The notes beneath the pieces are model-generated. The model worked only from the letters and a program-made list of their open reading frames with translations. It ran no database searches and was not told the DNA's origin. From assembly GCA_964016885.1 (NCBI GenBank), contig OZ024746.1, forward strand, positions 27,466,001 through 27,530,000: DNA of 64,000 nt, given 5' to 3'. Shown piece by piece: positions 30,007-44,290 of this stretch. A program made the position numbers and the translations under genes. How positions within the stretch are numbered: position 1 is the stretch's first letter; each line of letters begins with the position of its first letter. The stretch is from Eledone cirrhosa. Taxonomy: Eukaryota.

Positions 30007-31734
30007 CTCACACAGAGCTTTGTGCAAAAGTTGAAACGCTTTTTGATTTTTTTTTTGCTGTAGAATGTTCGCCCTCCCATCTCATTACCGGAATGACACA
30101 CGGGCGGAGGGACAGGATTCGACTATTATTTATATCGAAATTGTGGTTTGAGGAGCGATCTAGCTGCCATGTCAAGTAGTTCAAATGATGTAACCATGAG
30201 ATTGCATCTCTATTTTGTTAAACTTTAAACTATGTTCTTAGTTTCTTTTACCAATATATTACGCGTAGTGGCAAGTCACAGACTCAGCTGACTCTCGCTG
30301 ATAGTTTCTAAGTAATGCGTACAGGCCTCCAGAGCGTGACGACACAAACTAACATATGTCCCTCCCAGGTTCAATAGCCCCCAGTCATTATATTTACAAG
30401 GCATGGAAAGACACCCGGCCTTACATACGTCTCTGCTTGGTTGTGTTTAGAATCGATCCCCCTTCTCGACTTCGAAACTCCAGGTTGGTACTAGTTCCGT
30501 GTTGAAAATGGTTGGGAGATAAGGCACGAGGCTAGCAAACTTTTCTTTAGTAATTAGAGTCAGCCAATGTTCTATAGGGAGCAAAAAAAACTAAAGAAGA
30601 ATAGTTATTGGAGGGAGGGAGAGATCACATCCTCTCGGAAGGAAGTGAATGAATCATTATGTCAAATCTAACTGAATCCGTGTAAAGCCGCAATACATTA
30701 AACCCAGTGTGATTAGAAGCCGAGCTTTAAGTTCTAAGATAGTGGCAGCACGTAATTTGCAAATAGAACAGAAAACCTCGTTGCAAGTACTACAGTGCAT
30801 TTTGTGATGCAGCATTTTAGTTAATATCCATTAATCAACATAAATGATATAATAAAAATAATAATAATCTAAAGAATATGGCAATATCTTTATGAAATTT
30901 AAAAGCAATGCGTGGCATCTTTTCTAGTAAAGGTTTCACTATAATTTACCACGGAGCTTGGACTAATTAGCTTCCGATATAATTCTCTGTTCGAGAATGA
31001 ACCAAAATAAGAATTTTGTTTGTTCTTTGTTATAATGTTGTTATCGTTTTTTTTCTAGTCTTTTCTTTATTTCGTGGTTTCAGGCATATTGATACTTTGA
31101 ATGAAACAGTTCTATTCCATCATCCTCTTTTTATTCGAATACAAATAATTTTTAGTTAATTACCTCCCAATTAAAGAGCCACAGCTGGTTGAGTTAGGAT
31201 TGTAAAGCAATTTGTAAAATAAAAACAAACGAAGATACAAGAACTAATGTGTTTTTGACTAGGCATAAAATCCCTATCGATTAGAGGTGATGAAGAGAAG
31301 GATAAGAAGGAATTAAATTACGTAGTACTCAAGCTTTGTTGTTGGGTTTTAAATGTTCTAAGTATTTCAATTAGTTTTTAACATTTCGGTATTGGATGAT
31401 TAGTAATCAAAATGCCATGTACCCCCTACATAGGATGTAGTGTAACATTCAAATTTGATTAAGACACTCTTTGAGATACTGTTTTGTTGTGCCCTTAAGC
31501 AAGGCACATTAGTTTCCATTGCTTTGTTTTACTAAGGTGCACGAAATGAAAACCAGTTTTCAGTTAAGGGTTAACCCTGCACCAGGCTGGTATCTCGTCA
31601 GTGAGTGGTCATGCACTTTCTATTGCGTAAGGCGCTCTAAACCTGAATAAACTTTTAATTCTGTCCAAACCATGCAAATATGCAGAATTGGACGAAAAAC
31701 GACAGCACTAATGCCACATTAAGCAAAAAGGAAG

Positions 31735-31905
31735 GTCCAATGACCCTGTTATGCATCCGACAGCACCAAACCTTTACTTTACCGCTGTCTCTCTGGTGCT
31801 CGAACGCAACCTGTGGCTTCTCTGATCCTCAAATCCACACATTGTGTCAGTTAACCTTTCCTGATATTTGGAAAGTAGCTTCGTCAGAAAATGCAACATG
31901 CTTAA
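31735..31905 (-). pseudogene. Tc1/mariner-type transposase fragment
   Basis: Minus strand reads LKHVAFSDEATFQISGKVN*HNVWI*GSEKP..HQRDSGKVKVWCC..VIGP, the first catalytic Asp region, with stops. Confidence 0.75.
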
Positions 31906-32440
31906 GATAATCATTGTCCTTATCAATATATATATATCCATATGTAATATATATATATGAGACACGTTGGCTGAGTGCTTCTGACAGGAACTAATAGATT
32001 GATTCTTTTTAGCTTCCCGTCCCCACGTAAAATTTGTAAATCAGTGGCTAGTTGAGAGATAGAGTCCTATCGGTTGCCAGTTAATCACTTTACCGTGTCG
32101 GTTGTCACAAACAGTCATGACCGGCACGGGCCGGTGTTTGGATTATGTCGATCGATTGGTTATTGATTAGGTGATACCCGTTGATGAAGCCGCATAAGCC
32201 GATTGTGCATTGTTGCATAATATATGCAGACAGATGGTGCAGTGCACCTTACTGCTGCATTAGTGCGGCAGAAACTCGAGTCCGAGAACCTTATAGGCAC
32301 CCGTTTTACGTGTGTTGTGTTGAGGCAAATAACTATGTGTATACTCTGGTAATGTATCTTACATTGCCCATTGAGTGCGCTGAGATACAACCGGTACTGG
32401 CATTGATAAATATGGTAGGCCCGTCAACCCTTATTATTAT

Positions 32441-32517
<77 letters not shown>

Positions 32518-32619
32518 CTGTGTGTGAGTAGTGTAAGCCAGCGCGGAGATATCCACAAAAATTGTCATAGGTTAACGCTTGTGTAAAATGGAAAAAGAAA
32601 TGCTTTTAAGCTTTTAACT

Positions 32620-32659
<40 letters not shown>

Positions 32660-32681
32660 TATGTGTGTGTGTATGTGTATA

Positions 32682-32726
<45 letters not shown>

Positions 32727-34218
32727 GTATGTATATATATATATAAATAAATATGTGTGTGTGTGTGAATATATATACGTGTGTGTATATGTGCGTGTAT
32801 AAGGAAACGTAGTTCTCTGAAAAAACATATTCACCAATTACTATTTGTGGCTCTTTCAACCTTTACATACATATTTTAAGTAATTGCTGATTTGTTTAAA
32901 AATGATATTCCTCCGTCTATTATTATAGTTGAGAAAGTAGCGTCATTATCAATATACGACCGACATTAAATATAGAAATAACATTCGTCAAATTTGTACT
33001 GGCTATTAATCTACATGATATAAAAAGGCATTTGGGTATCGATTCTGCTTTTATTTCTTAAAATTCTATTGGCATATTTGTGCCATTAAGAACATACTAT
33101 GTAGTTTTTAGACATACAACGATGGATTGCAACGTTCGTTAATTGTTCAAATTGTTTGACACCGAAAATAAATACCAACAACAGCAAGAAAAATTATATG
33201 AATGAATAAAAATGTTTTTTTTATGGATATTGTTGTTCAGAAATGATATTATTTTCGACATATTTCCAAATATAACTTTTTCCTCTATCCAAACTTTCTA
33301 TATCAGGAAGTATTAAATACGTTGGCAGCTTTGTTATTCGATATAAAATTACTCGAATGCAATATTGGGCTGTGTACTGAGAGAAATAAAAACCAGCATA
33401 ATAGAAATAAAAATAAAAATAAAAACACTCTATTCTGAAGAGTAATAGGAATAAGTAATAGTAATAAAAGCATAATAAATCGATTTCTGCCACGATGTTT
33501 TTCGAAGTAGCATTCAATGTTTTAAACGAAAGGTTATGTCTCAAATGGAAAGCAATGGTTTTAACTTTAGAAATATATGGAGAGAAATAAATCAATTATA
33601 TTGTAATACTTACAATAATTGGGAAGTTTGTTTTTCTATCTTGGATATAAATGTTGAAGCATTCAGTGTAGAAACATAGAAGAGGTGTAAATGGGTAAAT
33701 GTTATTTACTTAATTGAGGGCGGTCAATTGGTAGAACAACGACTGAAAAATGGATTATGGTATTTAGTTCCGCTCCCAGAGTTTGTGACTTTAATTCTCA
33801 GCGGAGATGCTAAATCTAGAAGCAATCAAGTAATGGAGATGACATATTCAGCTACACCTTCATCTACAATTGTATGAACTTGTATCCATGCCAGACAGCA
33901 TTATCTACTTATTCAAAATAAACTATTTTGCAATCAAAAATTACCGTTTTTCGATGTAAAGTAAAGCAGGTACAGCATTACAATACATGTATAGCATAAA
34001 AAAAATGGGCATGCCGTGACTAATTTGGCCGAATAAAGGAACTTATCTGCTACATTAAGCATGCAATTACTTTGGCTACGGAGCAAACAGGATCATATGC
34101 CTATAATCTACTGTTGCAAGGAGAGTTAGGAGTCAAAAAGATAACTCATTCAAATGTTTTGCTAATATTTCAGTCTATCTCTCACTACCCCTACTCTCCT
34201 CTTTCTCTTTCTCTATAC

Positions 34219-34335
<117 letters not shown>

Positions 34336-34397
34336 CATCTATCTATCTATCTATATATATATCTATCCATCTAGCTATCTATCTATATATGTGTGTG

Positions 34398-34495
<98 letters not shown>

Positions 34496-34522
34496 TGTGT
34501 GTGTCTGTGTGTGTATGTGTAT

Positions 34523-34645
34523 GTCGGAATACAGGTCGATTTGATCTATTTCGGTCGGAATATAGGTCGATATGATCTATTTCGGTCGGAATATAGGTCG
34601 ATATGATCTACTTCGGTCGGAATATAGGTCGATATGATCTATTTA
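34523..34645. repeat. 31-bp minisatellite, ~4 copies
   Basis: gtcggaatataggtcgatatgatctatttcg repeated in tandem. Confidence 0.9.
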
Positions 34646-34660
34646 CATATATATATATAT

Positions 34661-35410
34661 AAAGGATATCAGATGCTGAATTTATTGACGACATAGCTCT
34701 GGTAACAAACACAGTAAAGGAGGCGAGAGGCGGAAACTGTGTCGTTGAGTGTGGGGCTGAGAATGAATGAGAGTAAGACAAAGTATCTGGTGGAGAACAG
34801 CAAGGAGCCAGAGAAGATTAAGAATGTGGGCGGGATGCCGCTAGAGTTGGTTAAGGACTTCCTGTATTTGGGAGAAAAGATTAGGAGCACAGAGGATGAT
34901 GTAGTGGAGAGGAAGAGCAAATTCTGTCACAGTTTCAGGTCCATGTAGAAGTCGGACGTTCATAAATATTCGAAGATCCGTCTCTTCGTTGCTACAATGG
35001 AGTCTGTACTGCTGTACGGGTCTGGCACTTGGAAACTTACCAAGAGACTTATACAGATCGTGGATGTATGCTACCCAAGGATGCTGAGTATGGTTCTGAT
35101 AATTAACAGAGTACGCACTGAGGATGAAGAACTCAGAGTTTTATGGTAGTCTCCTAAACACCGGCTCGAAAGTGACACTGAGGGAACTGAGATTAGCTGC
35201 ATATGGTTACCGACATTCAGAGCTGAAACTGCACTCGGTGGTCCTGTGGGAGCCCCTACACGGACACACTGGAAGAGGGAGATCGAGGAGAACATATATT
35301 GATGCCTTAAGGACAGACATTGGTCTCCGTGAGTTGCGGGACCTAGTGGCAATGATGGAGGACAGATCGCTGGAGCGAACTCATCCATGGATCTCGGGAA
35401 TTTTACCCGT

Positions 35411-35412
<2 letters not shown>
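34661..35412 (+). mobile_element. 5'-truncated copy of the same RTE-like family
   Basis: Aligns to ~42885-43634 (KTKYLVEN, DFLYLG, LWEPLHGHTGRGR). Same 3' end ctcgggaatttta..cc followed by (TA)n. Confidence 0.88.
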
Positions 35413-35471
<59 letters not shown>

Positions 35472-35474
<3 letters not shown>

Positions 35475-35716
35475 TTTACATATACACCAATTAAACAAAG
35501 TCATAGATATACATGTGTTTTGGCGACGTGGCTCAATGAAGAATTAATAAATTAAATAATCAGAGCAATATACTATAAAGTAAAGTATGTCCATAGAATC
35601 ATTTGATAATATATATACATCATTTTCTCTCCCAATTAGCATAATTAACCATATTATGCTAATTGGGAGAGGAAATGATGTAAATATATTATCAAATGAT
35701 TCTATGGATATACTTT

Positions 35717-35722
<6 letters not shown>
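35472..35722. repeat. Asymmetric fold-back element between (TA)n tracts
   Basis: ~70-bp inverted arms 35574-35645 and 35653-35722. No ribozyme core visible. Confidence 0.7.
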
Positions 35723-35784
<62 letters not shown>

Positions 35785-36795
35785 GCGCAGAGAAAAAGCT
35801 TAAGCAAACAATTTTTGCTTCCCTCCTTTTACGGATCTTCTGAAACTCAGGCACATGGCCAACCAATAATGATACGAAGAATTACAGAAAAATGCTAAAA
35901 AAGGTTTAAGTGGAGTGGTCTTCCGTCGGTTTAGACAATGATTGTTCTTATCTCCACTCAACGGAGCAGCGTGCTCTAGAAATTAACACTATATATCACT
36001 GAGGATTGCATAGACACGTGTAACGTTAGTGTAAATCTCAGCGTGACACAGTGTGTGACAAGTCTGCCTCTTTGAAATAAAAGTGCAACTATTATTTTCA
36101 GTTGAATGAACTGGAGCAACGTGAAATAGAGTGTCTTGCTCAAGGATAAAACGAGTTACAAGGAATCGAACTTACAACATTAGGTTGTGAGCTGAACACT
36201 TGATACTCTTCACACAATAGTAATAACATCCTTACGGAAGCGAGTTATTCACGTCAATCTCCAACACAGTCTTTTAGAAATTTATTAAAAATATATATAG
36301 AACAATTTTTTGCGTAAGTATCACTATGAAATATTGAGAGAAAAAAAATGACAGTAACAATCCCCAAAGCTTTGTTAAGTATTATATGATAAAACCGAAA
36401 GCAGGTTTTGTTAAAAGTATTTATACACAGCAATTCCGAACTGTAATTAAAATATTTTTTAACAGAGTGGTGTTGAAATTGTCAGTCCTACAAAACAGAA
36501 AATATATATTTGAATCATTCAGTCTAGTAAAATGTCATTTATATTATAGTTTATATCATAATTTCTACTCCTTCACTTGGGGCATGAATTGAAAAAAAAA
36601 ATGTAATATGTTTTATTGCTAGAAGTAACGGAAATTAATATTTAAACGGAAATTAGTTTATCATAACCACTAACGTGAGTGAATATGTAACAGAAACCCT
36701 TTACAAGATTTATGATTATCTATCTATCTATCTATCTATCTATATATATATAAATATATATATATATAATTAAATACACACACACACATGCGTGC

Positions 36796-36832
<37 letters not shown>

Positions 36833-36936
36833 CACAAACATATATATATGTGTGTGTGTGTAAATATACATATATATATACATATATATAAATATATATA
36901 TATATATATGTATGTATATATATATTTATAGATATG

Positions 36937-36972
<36 letters not shown>

Positions 36973-36983
36973 TATATATATAT

Positions 36984-37038
<55 letters not shown>

Positions 37039-37039
37039 C

Positions 37040-37072
<33 letters not shown>

Positions 37073-37303
37073 TATATACATATACATAAATATATATATA
37101 TATATTTATATATATGTATATTTACACACACACACACACACACACATATGTATATATATACATATATATAATTTTCCGCGATGCTGTGACTTTCAACAGG
37201 CAGGAAACAGTAAATTACGGTACCCCGTGGCCGAGATATCGAAACAGCTGTGCACTTTAAGACACTCACACACTCACACGCACACTCACATGCACAAACA
37301 CAC

Positions 37304-37334
<31 letters not shown>

Positions 37335-37491
37335 GAAAAACACACTGGTCGCTTTACTTGAAAATATGCACTAGAAATAAGTTAATACACAATCTTTATA
37401 AACTCTAATTCAAGACAATTTGATTGGAGAATTGTCTTTCATGTGAATTTCTAACATTGTCATAAGCTCTTTCGTCACACGTAAAATTCCA

Positions 37492-37535
37492 GTCACTGAG
37501 GAGGTCACAAAAATGTGTGACGAAAGAGCTTTGAC
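37492..37535 (+). ncRNA. Type I hammerhead ribozyme motif with short inverted duplicate at 37455-37481
   Basis: gtca-CTGAGGA-ggtcaca..tgtgac-GAAA-gagctt-tgac. The inverted copy retains GAAAGAGCTTATGAC. Confidence 0.65.
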
Positions 37536-37739
37536 AATATATAAACAACTATCCTGTACCTGAACCAACCTACCAACCGGAAATTTATAATAAATTGAAG
37601 TGAAACTACCAGGTGCGTGTGTTTTTATTTGCAGTACGACTCTTCCAAAGTATAACAATATCTGTTTCAAAACACGTTTTCAGATAAGAAATCTTACAAA
37701 ACAAATTAAAAAACGAAGTGTATATATATATATATATTA

Positions 37740-38182
37740 AAGTTCGACAAGCCCCCAGACATGCTTTTCTCCCTCACGTCAGTCTGCGTTCATCCCCTTC
37801 CTCCTTGTATTTCAGCCTGTTTAGCCCCCCGCCGCCATGAAGGTAATAAACTATATACATAACATCCCAGATCACTGACAACTCCCCGTGAAAGACATGA
37901 AAAACAACAAACTTTTAAGATTTTTTGCTTAGATTTATTACTTTTTTTTGCTTCATTTTATCTTTGCATGTCCATATATGGACTATAGCCCTTGATAAGT
38001 TCAGCTAGATTCTCACCGTTCTAATACTGGTGGCTTAGTTCGGATCTAGATGTTGAAACAGCCGGAGCTCAGCCGTCGAGGTCCTGAATCTTTTCATATC
38101 ACGCAGTCTACTACCTTAAGTATCGAGTACTCTGGTGTGTTATGGGTTATGGTCCACCTGGTATCTTACCATACCTTCTTTG

Positions 38183-38185
<3 letters not shown>
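37740..38185 (+). mobile_element. Longer family X copy retaining a degenerate complete hammerhead (37988-38081)
   Basis: ccc-ttgataa-g..cagctagat...atctagatg-GAAA-cagccggagctcagccGTC-gagg, then the family tail. (TA)n on both sides. Confidence 0.6.
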
Positions 38186-38243
<58 letters not shown>

Positions 38244-38250
38244 TATATAT

Positions 38251-38462
38251 ATATTGTTATACTTTGGGAGGGTCATGTTGCCAATAAGAAACACACGCAC
38301 CAGTTGCTTTCACTTCAATTTATTATAATTTATTATAATTTATTATAATTTATTATAATAAATGTGTTTCTTATTGGCAACATGACCCTCCCAAAGTATA
38401 TACAATATCGGTTTCAACACACGATTTCAGATAAAGAATCTTGCTAAACAAATTCAGAAACG

Positions 38463-38465
<3 letters not shown>
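38251..38465 (+). mobile_element. Fold-back copy of the family seen at 37455-37720
   Basis: Arms 38251-38295 and 38363-38408, with a 4x atttattata repeat in the loop. Tail matches 37620-37718. (TA)n on both sides. Confidence 0.7.
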
Positions 38466-38513
<48 letters not shown>

Positions 38514-38914
38514 CACTGAAAGAATGAGAGATAAACATATGTCAATGTATGTGAGAAATAGGTATGTTGCTCTGTGATTGTGTGTGTCTGAGTGCGTGTG
38601 TGTCTGTGTGTGCTCTGTATCTGTGTCTCTGTGTGTTTGCATTGATATTTAATCTAGATAAAATCTATAAAGCTATAAATAGAAGTGTATATATATATTT
38701 CAATTTGTTGTAGTGTGTAATATGACTAATTCAGTGTCATTTCTCATATATGTCCCCATTAAATCAACATAGAAATAATCGAATATCGCCCCATTCAAAT
38801 GTGTGCCAGCATTTCCTAAATATTTATTTATTGTTTTGCAAAGAAATCTACTGCATAGTTTTAGAAGTAATTTTAATTTGGGACTATTTTTACCATCTTA
38901 GTAAACAGTAGGGA

Positions 38915-38960
<46 letters not shown>

Positions 38961-39035
38961 TTCTTTCTTAGAGCTAAAATAATTGTAAATGACCCCTTGA
39001 GTGTAAACTCTAAATTACATTATATTATATTATAT

Positions 39036-39074
<39 letters not shown>

Positions 39075-39285
39075 TACGCTCTTTCCTACATTCTTCTACA
39101 CACTACACATCTCAACCTACATTCACTTACATCTCTCTCTCCACCACCGGATCTTGTTATCCGGAGATTTACCCATCTGCATTGTTGAGGCTTCCAAAAC
39201 GACCTAAAGAAATATACCTTATTACTTATTATTCCACAATGCTTCAAGCAAACTTCAATACTCTCTTATATATATATATATATAA

Positions 39286-39347
<62 letters not shown>

Positions 39348-39385
39348 TTCCCACTTACCAAACATCATTATAGTTAACGAATGTT

Positions 39386-39467
<82 letters not shown>

Positions 39468-39499
39468 GATATGTGTATGTGTGTGTATATGTATATATT

Positions 39500-40232
39500 T
39501 ATGAACATTCGTTCCAATGCAGACAACTATAATGATGTTTGGTAACTTTTACGATCTGAGATCAAATCCCGCCGAGGTTGACTTTGCCTTTCATCCCTAC
39601 GGGGTCGATAAAATAAAGTACCAGTAATGCACTGGGTAATTGCTGGCCTTGTGCCTAAAGTAGAAACAATTAATTAGAGGTAAATAGGTCGGGCAAATTG
39701 TAATGGTGAAGATTGAACATTATGCAAAGAAATGTCTGTTTTCTTTATCCGCAGACTTCTTACCATCTGCATGTTCACTATTTCAGACATATTCATATAT
39801 TATTTATAGTTATCTACATTGTGGCAACTATATTTTCAAATGCATATATATATATATATGAATGTATGTATAGGTAAATTGCGATGCATTGGGAAATTAG
39901 AAATTTGAAAATATAGTTGCCACAATGTAGATAACTATAAATAATATATGAATATATCTGAGATAGTAAACATGGAGATGGTAAGAAGTCTGCGGCTAAA
40001 GAAAACAGACGTTTCTTTGCATAATGTTCAATCTTCACCATTACAATTTGCCCGACCTATTTACCTCTAATTAATAGTTACCAAACATCATTATAGTTGT
40101 CCCGCCGAGGTTAACTTTGCCTTTCATCCTTACGGGGTCGATAAAATAAAGTACCAGTAATACACTGGGATAAGCTGGCCTTGTGCCAAAAGTAGAAACA
40201 ATTATAGTTTCTGCATTGCAACGAATGTTTAC
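39500..40232. repeat. Large inverted duplication interrupted by two SINE fragments
   Basis: Core arms 39670-39841 and 39903-40075. Symmetry continues outside the SINE inserts (gacaactataatgatgtttggtaact / agttaccaaacatcattatagttgtc). Confidence 0.75.
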
Positions 40233-40251
40233 ACACACACACACACTCGCG

Positions 40252-40456
<205 letters not shown>

Positions 40457-40468
40457 ATATATATTTTT

Positions 40469-43400
40469 GTCCTGGGTATGACATTAAACTACATCCAGTG
40501 GCAAGGCTCAAGTTCGAGAGTTCCGGAGCTGTGGGGGAAAGTGGAGTTACCCCTTAATTCTCGTACCTCCCAGGTCTGCTCTGACCCGGAGTAGTAGTAC
40601 CTGTTAGGGCCCCATATATGGGTTAAATAATTACCTTATTCGAGTGGCGCCGGTAAGGTTTTGTGAGCCAATGAAAAGAACATGGAGAGTGTATTTAACA
40701 GCACTAGGGTTAGAGCCCCTAACTACACTGTCAAGGAGCAGTCTGGTCGTTATGACTCTGCTGGCTTAGAGCCCCAGGGAGGGCCAGTGGATGATGGATT
40801 AGTTGTCTCTGAGACAAATATAAAGAATGCAGTTTTGTCCCGTAGAAGAGCCATCAAAATGGGCACTCTGAATGTGAGGACTATTCGGATGCTGGAGAAG
40901 AGAGAGGAGTTGGGTCATCTGTTCGAGGAGAGTATTATGCAGATACTGGCGATCTAAGAACTCAGGATCCTACATGATGAGCCCGTGAGGAATGTGATGA
41001 TTGGTAAGATGAGCCAGCTCATCACCACATCGGCAGTGAGGAGCATGACAAATGCTGCAGTAGGAGGAGTGGGTTTTGTTTTCAGCACAAAAACCAATAT
41101 ATTGGTGAGGGAAATAATACCTGTCTCACCGCGAGTGTTGAGGGTGACCTTCAATGGAAACCCAAGACTGACTGTTATCTCAGCCTATAGTCCAACCGAG
41201 GGAGACAGTGATGTGAGTGCGGAAGAGTTCCATGAGGAGGTGTGTAGAGCACAAGCTCACAACATCCTGCCTGTTCTGGGGGACTTCAACGCACATCTGA
41301 GTAAGGAGAGCAGTGAAGATCATTGCTGGTACTTCCATAACAACACCAACCGAAATAGCAACCAAGCTAAGGTTTAGGAAGAATCTGGGGAAGATGTGGA
41401 CCTACATCTCAAACATGCACCTGTCCAAGTCCCGGATTCATTTCATTCTGGTGAGGAAAAAGTGGCGGAATAGTGTTCTGAACACAGAACCATACAACTA
41501 TTTCAGTACACTGGGCAGTGACCACCGGCTTGTTATGAGTGAGGTCCGGGTGAGCTTGAGAAAGAGCAGGGCTCAGCCCCGGAGAGCAATCTATGACTGG
41601 GGAGCTTTCAAGGAAGATGATAAACTACAGGTGAGGTTCTCAGTAGAAGTGAGGAACAGGTTCAGTGCTCTGTGTGGAGGGGAAGAGGAGAGAGAGATTG
41701 AAGGGACTGAGGAGAGTGTGCCGAGGAGAAAGAACAAAAGGAAGCACATCAGCTCTGCAGACCCAAAAGTGTGTGCAGCTAGAGAACACCTGAAAGCTGC
41801 CAAGGACGAATTCTATGCTGATCCTACGGAGGAGGGGAAGGAGAATGTGGAGGTGATGAGGGAAGAACTCTGTACCGCTTACACTGAGGCCAGAGAGGAG
41901 GCACTGATAGAGAAGATCAGAAGTGTGGAGGAGCGATTGGCAGGTCTGGATGTAAGGAGAGCTGGATGATCATCAACGAGATCACAGGGAGGAAGAGAAG
42001 GTGTTCGAGTCAGATCCAGGGAACAGGACCCGATGATAGGAAGGGGAAATCGATAGACCATTTTAGGACCCTACTAGGAGAGCCGCCCTCCACAGCCCAG
42101 AAATCTGGGGAGATGAGGCGGCTGTTTGAGGAACAGGATATTGAGACAGGACCCTTCACCAGAGAGGAGCTTCAGAGAGCCAAGAAGATCAAGGAGGGCA
42201 AGGCTCATGGAGAAGATGGGGTGGCATCAGAGGTGATGAAGAGGTGTGATTTTGATGATATCATCCTGGAGTTCTGTAACCAGGCACTGGAGAAAGGAGT
42301 TGCCCCGAATCAGTGGAGGATCAGTAACATCGTCGCAGTGCCAAAGAAGGGAGATCTCTCTAACACCAACAACTTCAGAGAGATCTTACTGACGTCACTT
42401 GTGGCAAAGATCCTCAACAGGATGATTCTTAACAGGATCCAGCCTGGGATGGAGAAGAAGCTCAGGGACAACCAGAACGGCTTCAGAGAGGGAAGATCAA
42501 CCACCAGTCACTTCCTGATGCTGAGGAGGATATTAGAGGGAACTAAAGCAAAGTGACTTCCTGTGGTCATGGTTTTCATTGACTTTAGGAAGGCCTTTGA
42601 TTCTGTGGACCGTCACTGCCTGATGAAGATCTTACATGCTTACGGAACCCCCAAGAAGCTAGTGGACCTGATATCACTGCTCTACACCAACACCAAAGTC
42701 CAAGTCATTACACCTGATGGGATGACAGAGTTCTTTGAGATACTGGTTAGAGTGCCCCAGGGAGATACATTGGCTCCCTACCTTTTTATCATCGTAGTGG
42801 ACTATTGTATGCGCCTTGCGCTGGAGAAACACCAGGACTCTGGCTTTACTGTAACACCGGCTCAGAGCAGGAGAGTTAAGGCAGATATCGGGTGCTGAAT
42901 TTACCGACGACATGGTTTTGGTGACAAAAACAGTGAAGGAGGCAGAGGATTTGATGCAGGAGGTGGAGACTGTTTCGATGAGTGTGAGGCTGAGAATGAA
43001 TGAGATTAAGACAAAATATCTGGTAGAGAATATTAAGAAGTCAGAGAAGATTACTAATGTAGGCGGGAAGCCTCTAGAATTAGTTGAGGACTTCCTGTAT
43101 TTGGGAGCTAAGATTGGGAATACGTAAGATGATGTAGTCGAGAGGAAGCACAAAGCCTGGGCGGCGTGCCACAGCTTGAGATCGGTGTGGAAGTCGGACC
43201 TTCGTAAAAACCTGAAGATCCATCTCTTCGTTGCTGAGGTGAAGTCTATGCTGCTGTACCGGTCTGAGACTTGGACACTGACCAAGAAACTCACTGAGAT
43301 GGTGGATGGGTGCTAAACGAGAATGCTGAGGATGGCTCTGAACACTAATCAACTGAGGATGAAGGACTCAGAGCTGTACAGAGTCTCCCAAACGTCAGCT

Positions 43401-43631
43401 CAAAAGTGACACAGAGGAGAGTGAGGTTAGCTGGACATGCTCCCCGACATCCAGAGTTGACACTGCACTCAGTGCTCCTGTGGGAGCCTCTGCATGGACA
43501 CACTGGAAGAGGAAGACCGAAGTTAACATATGTTGATGCCCTAAGGACAGAAGTGATCTGTTGGAGACGCAGGACATGGCAACGATACTGAGGGACAGAG
43601 ACCGCTGGAGAGAGCTCGGGAATTTTACGCG

Positions 43632-43634
<3 letters not shown>
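40469..43634 (+). mobile_element. Near full-length, frameshifted RTE-like LINE (APE + RT)
   Basis: Fragments in several frames: GTLNVRT, ISAYSPT, LGDFNAH, GSDHRLV, QNGFREGRST, FIDFRKAFDSV, QGDTLAPYLF, FLYLG, GRGRPKLTYVDAL. Ends ...ttttacgcgccc directly into (TA)n. Confidence 0.9.
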
Positions 43635-43677
<43 letters not shown>

Positions 43678-43683
<6 letters not shown>

Positions 43684-44155
43684 GTGAGGTTTTTTTTACA
43701 AAATGAAAAATAACCGAGGTGTCCTACACGAGTGGAAGTATAAAGAAAAAGAGATGAAATCGAAAATGCAACTGAAGTCTTATTTAAAAAAAAAATATAT
43801 ATATTTATTTGGTTCCTTTACCGGTTTCGCAGTTCTTCTGCTTTTCAAAAGGTGAGTTGAGATGGAGGGTCTGTGGTTTTTCTCACATCTGGTTGGTCTC
43901 TAAATGTTACTTGTTTTATATGGAAAAAGTGGCTCGAAAGCCAGGTTTTTCGAGAAGTAATTTGAGCCACTTTTTCCATATAAAACAAGTAACATTTAGA
44001 GACCAACCAGATGTGAGAAAAACCACAGACCCCCCATCTCAACTCACCTTTTGAAAAGCAGAAGAACTGCGAAACCGGTAAAGGAACCAAATAAATATAT
44101 ATATTTAAAAAAAAAATAAGACTTCAGTTGCATTTTCGATTTCATCTCTTTTTCT
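43678..44155. mobile_element. Fold-back element with degenerate hammerhead between (TA)n tracts
   Basis: ~190-bp inverted arms 43744-43935 and 43964-44155. cctt-ttgaaaa-gcag aagaa ctgc-GAAA-ccgg-TA-aagg at 44047-44084 has two core substitutions. Confidence 0.75.
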
Positions 44156-44185
44156 ATATATATATATATATACATACCTACATAC

Positions 44186-44290
<105 letters not shown>

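Noticed and set aside
34523-34645. 31-bp repeats resembling CRISPR repeats
   Set aside because: The units are contiguous with no spacers, no cas genes are present, and the context is eukaryotic.
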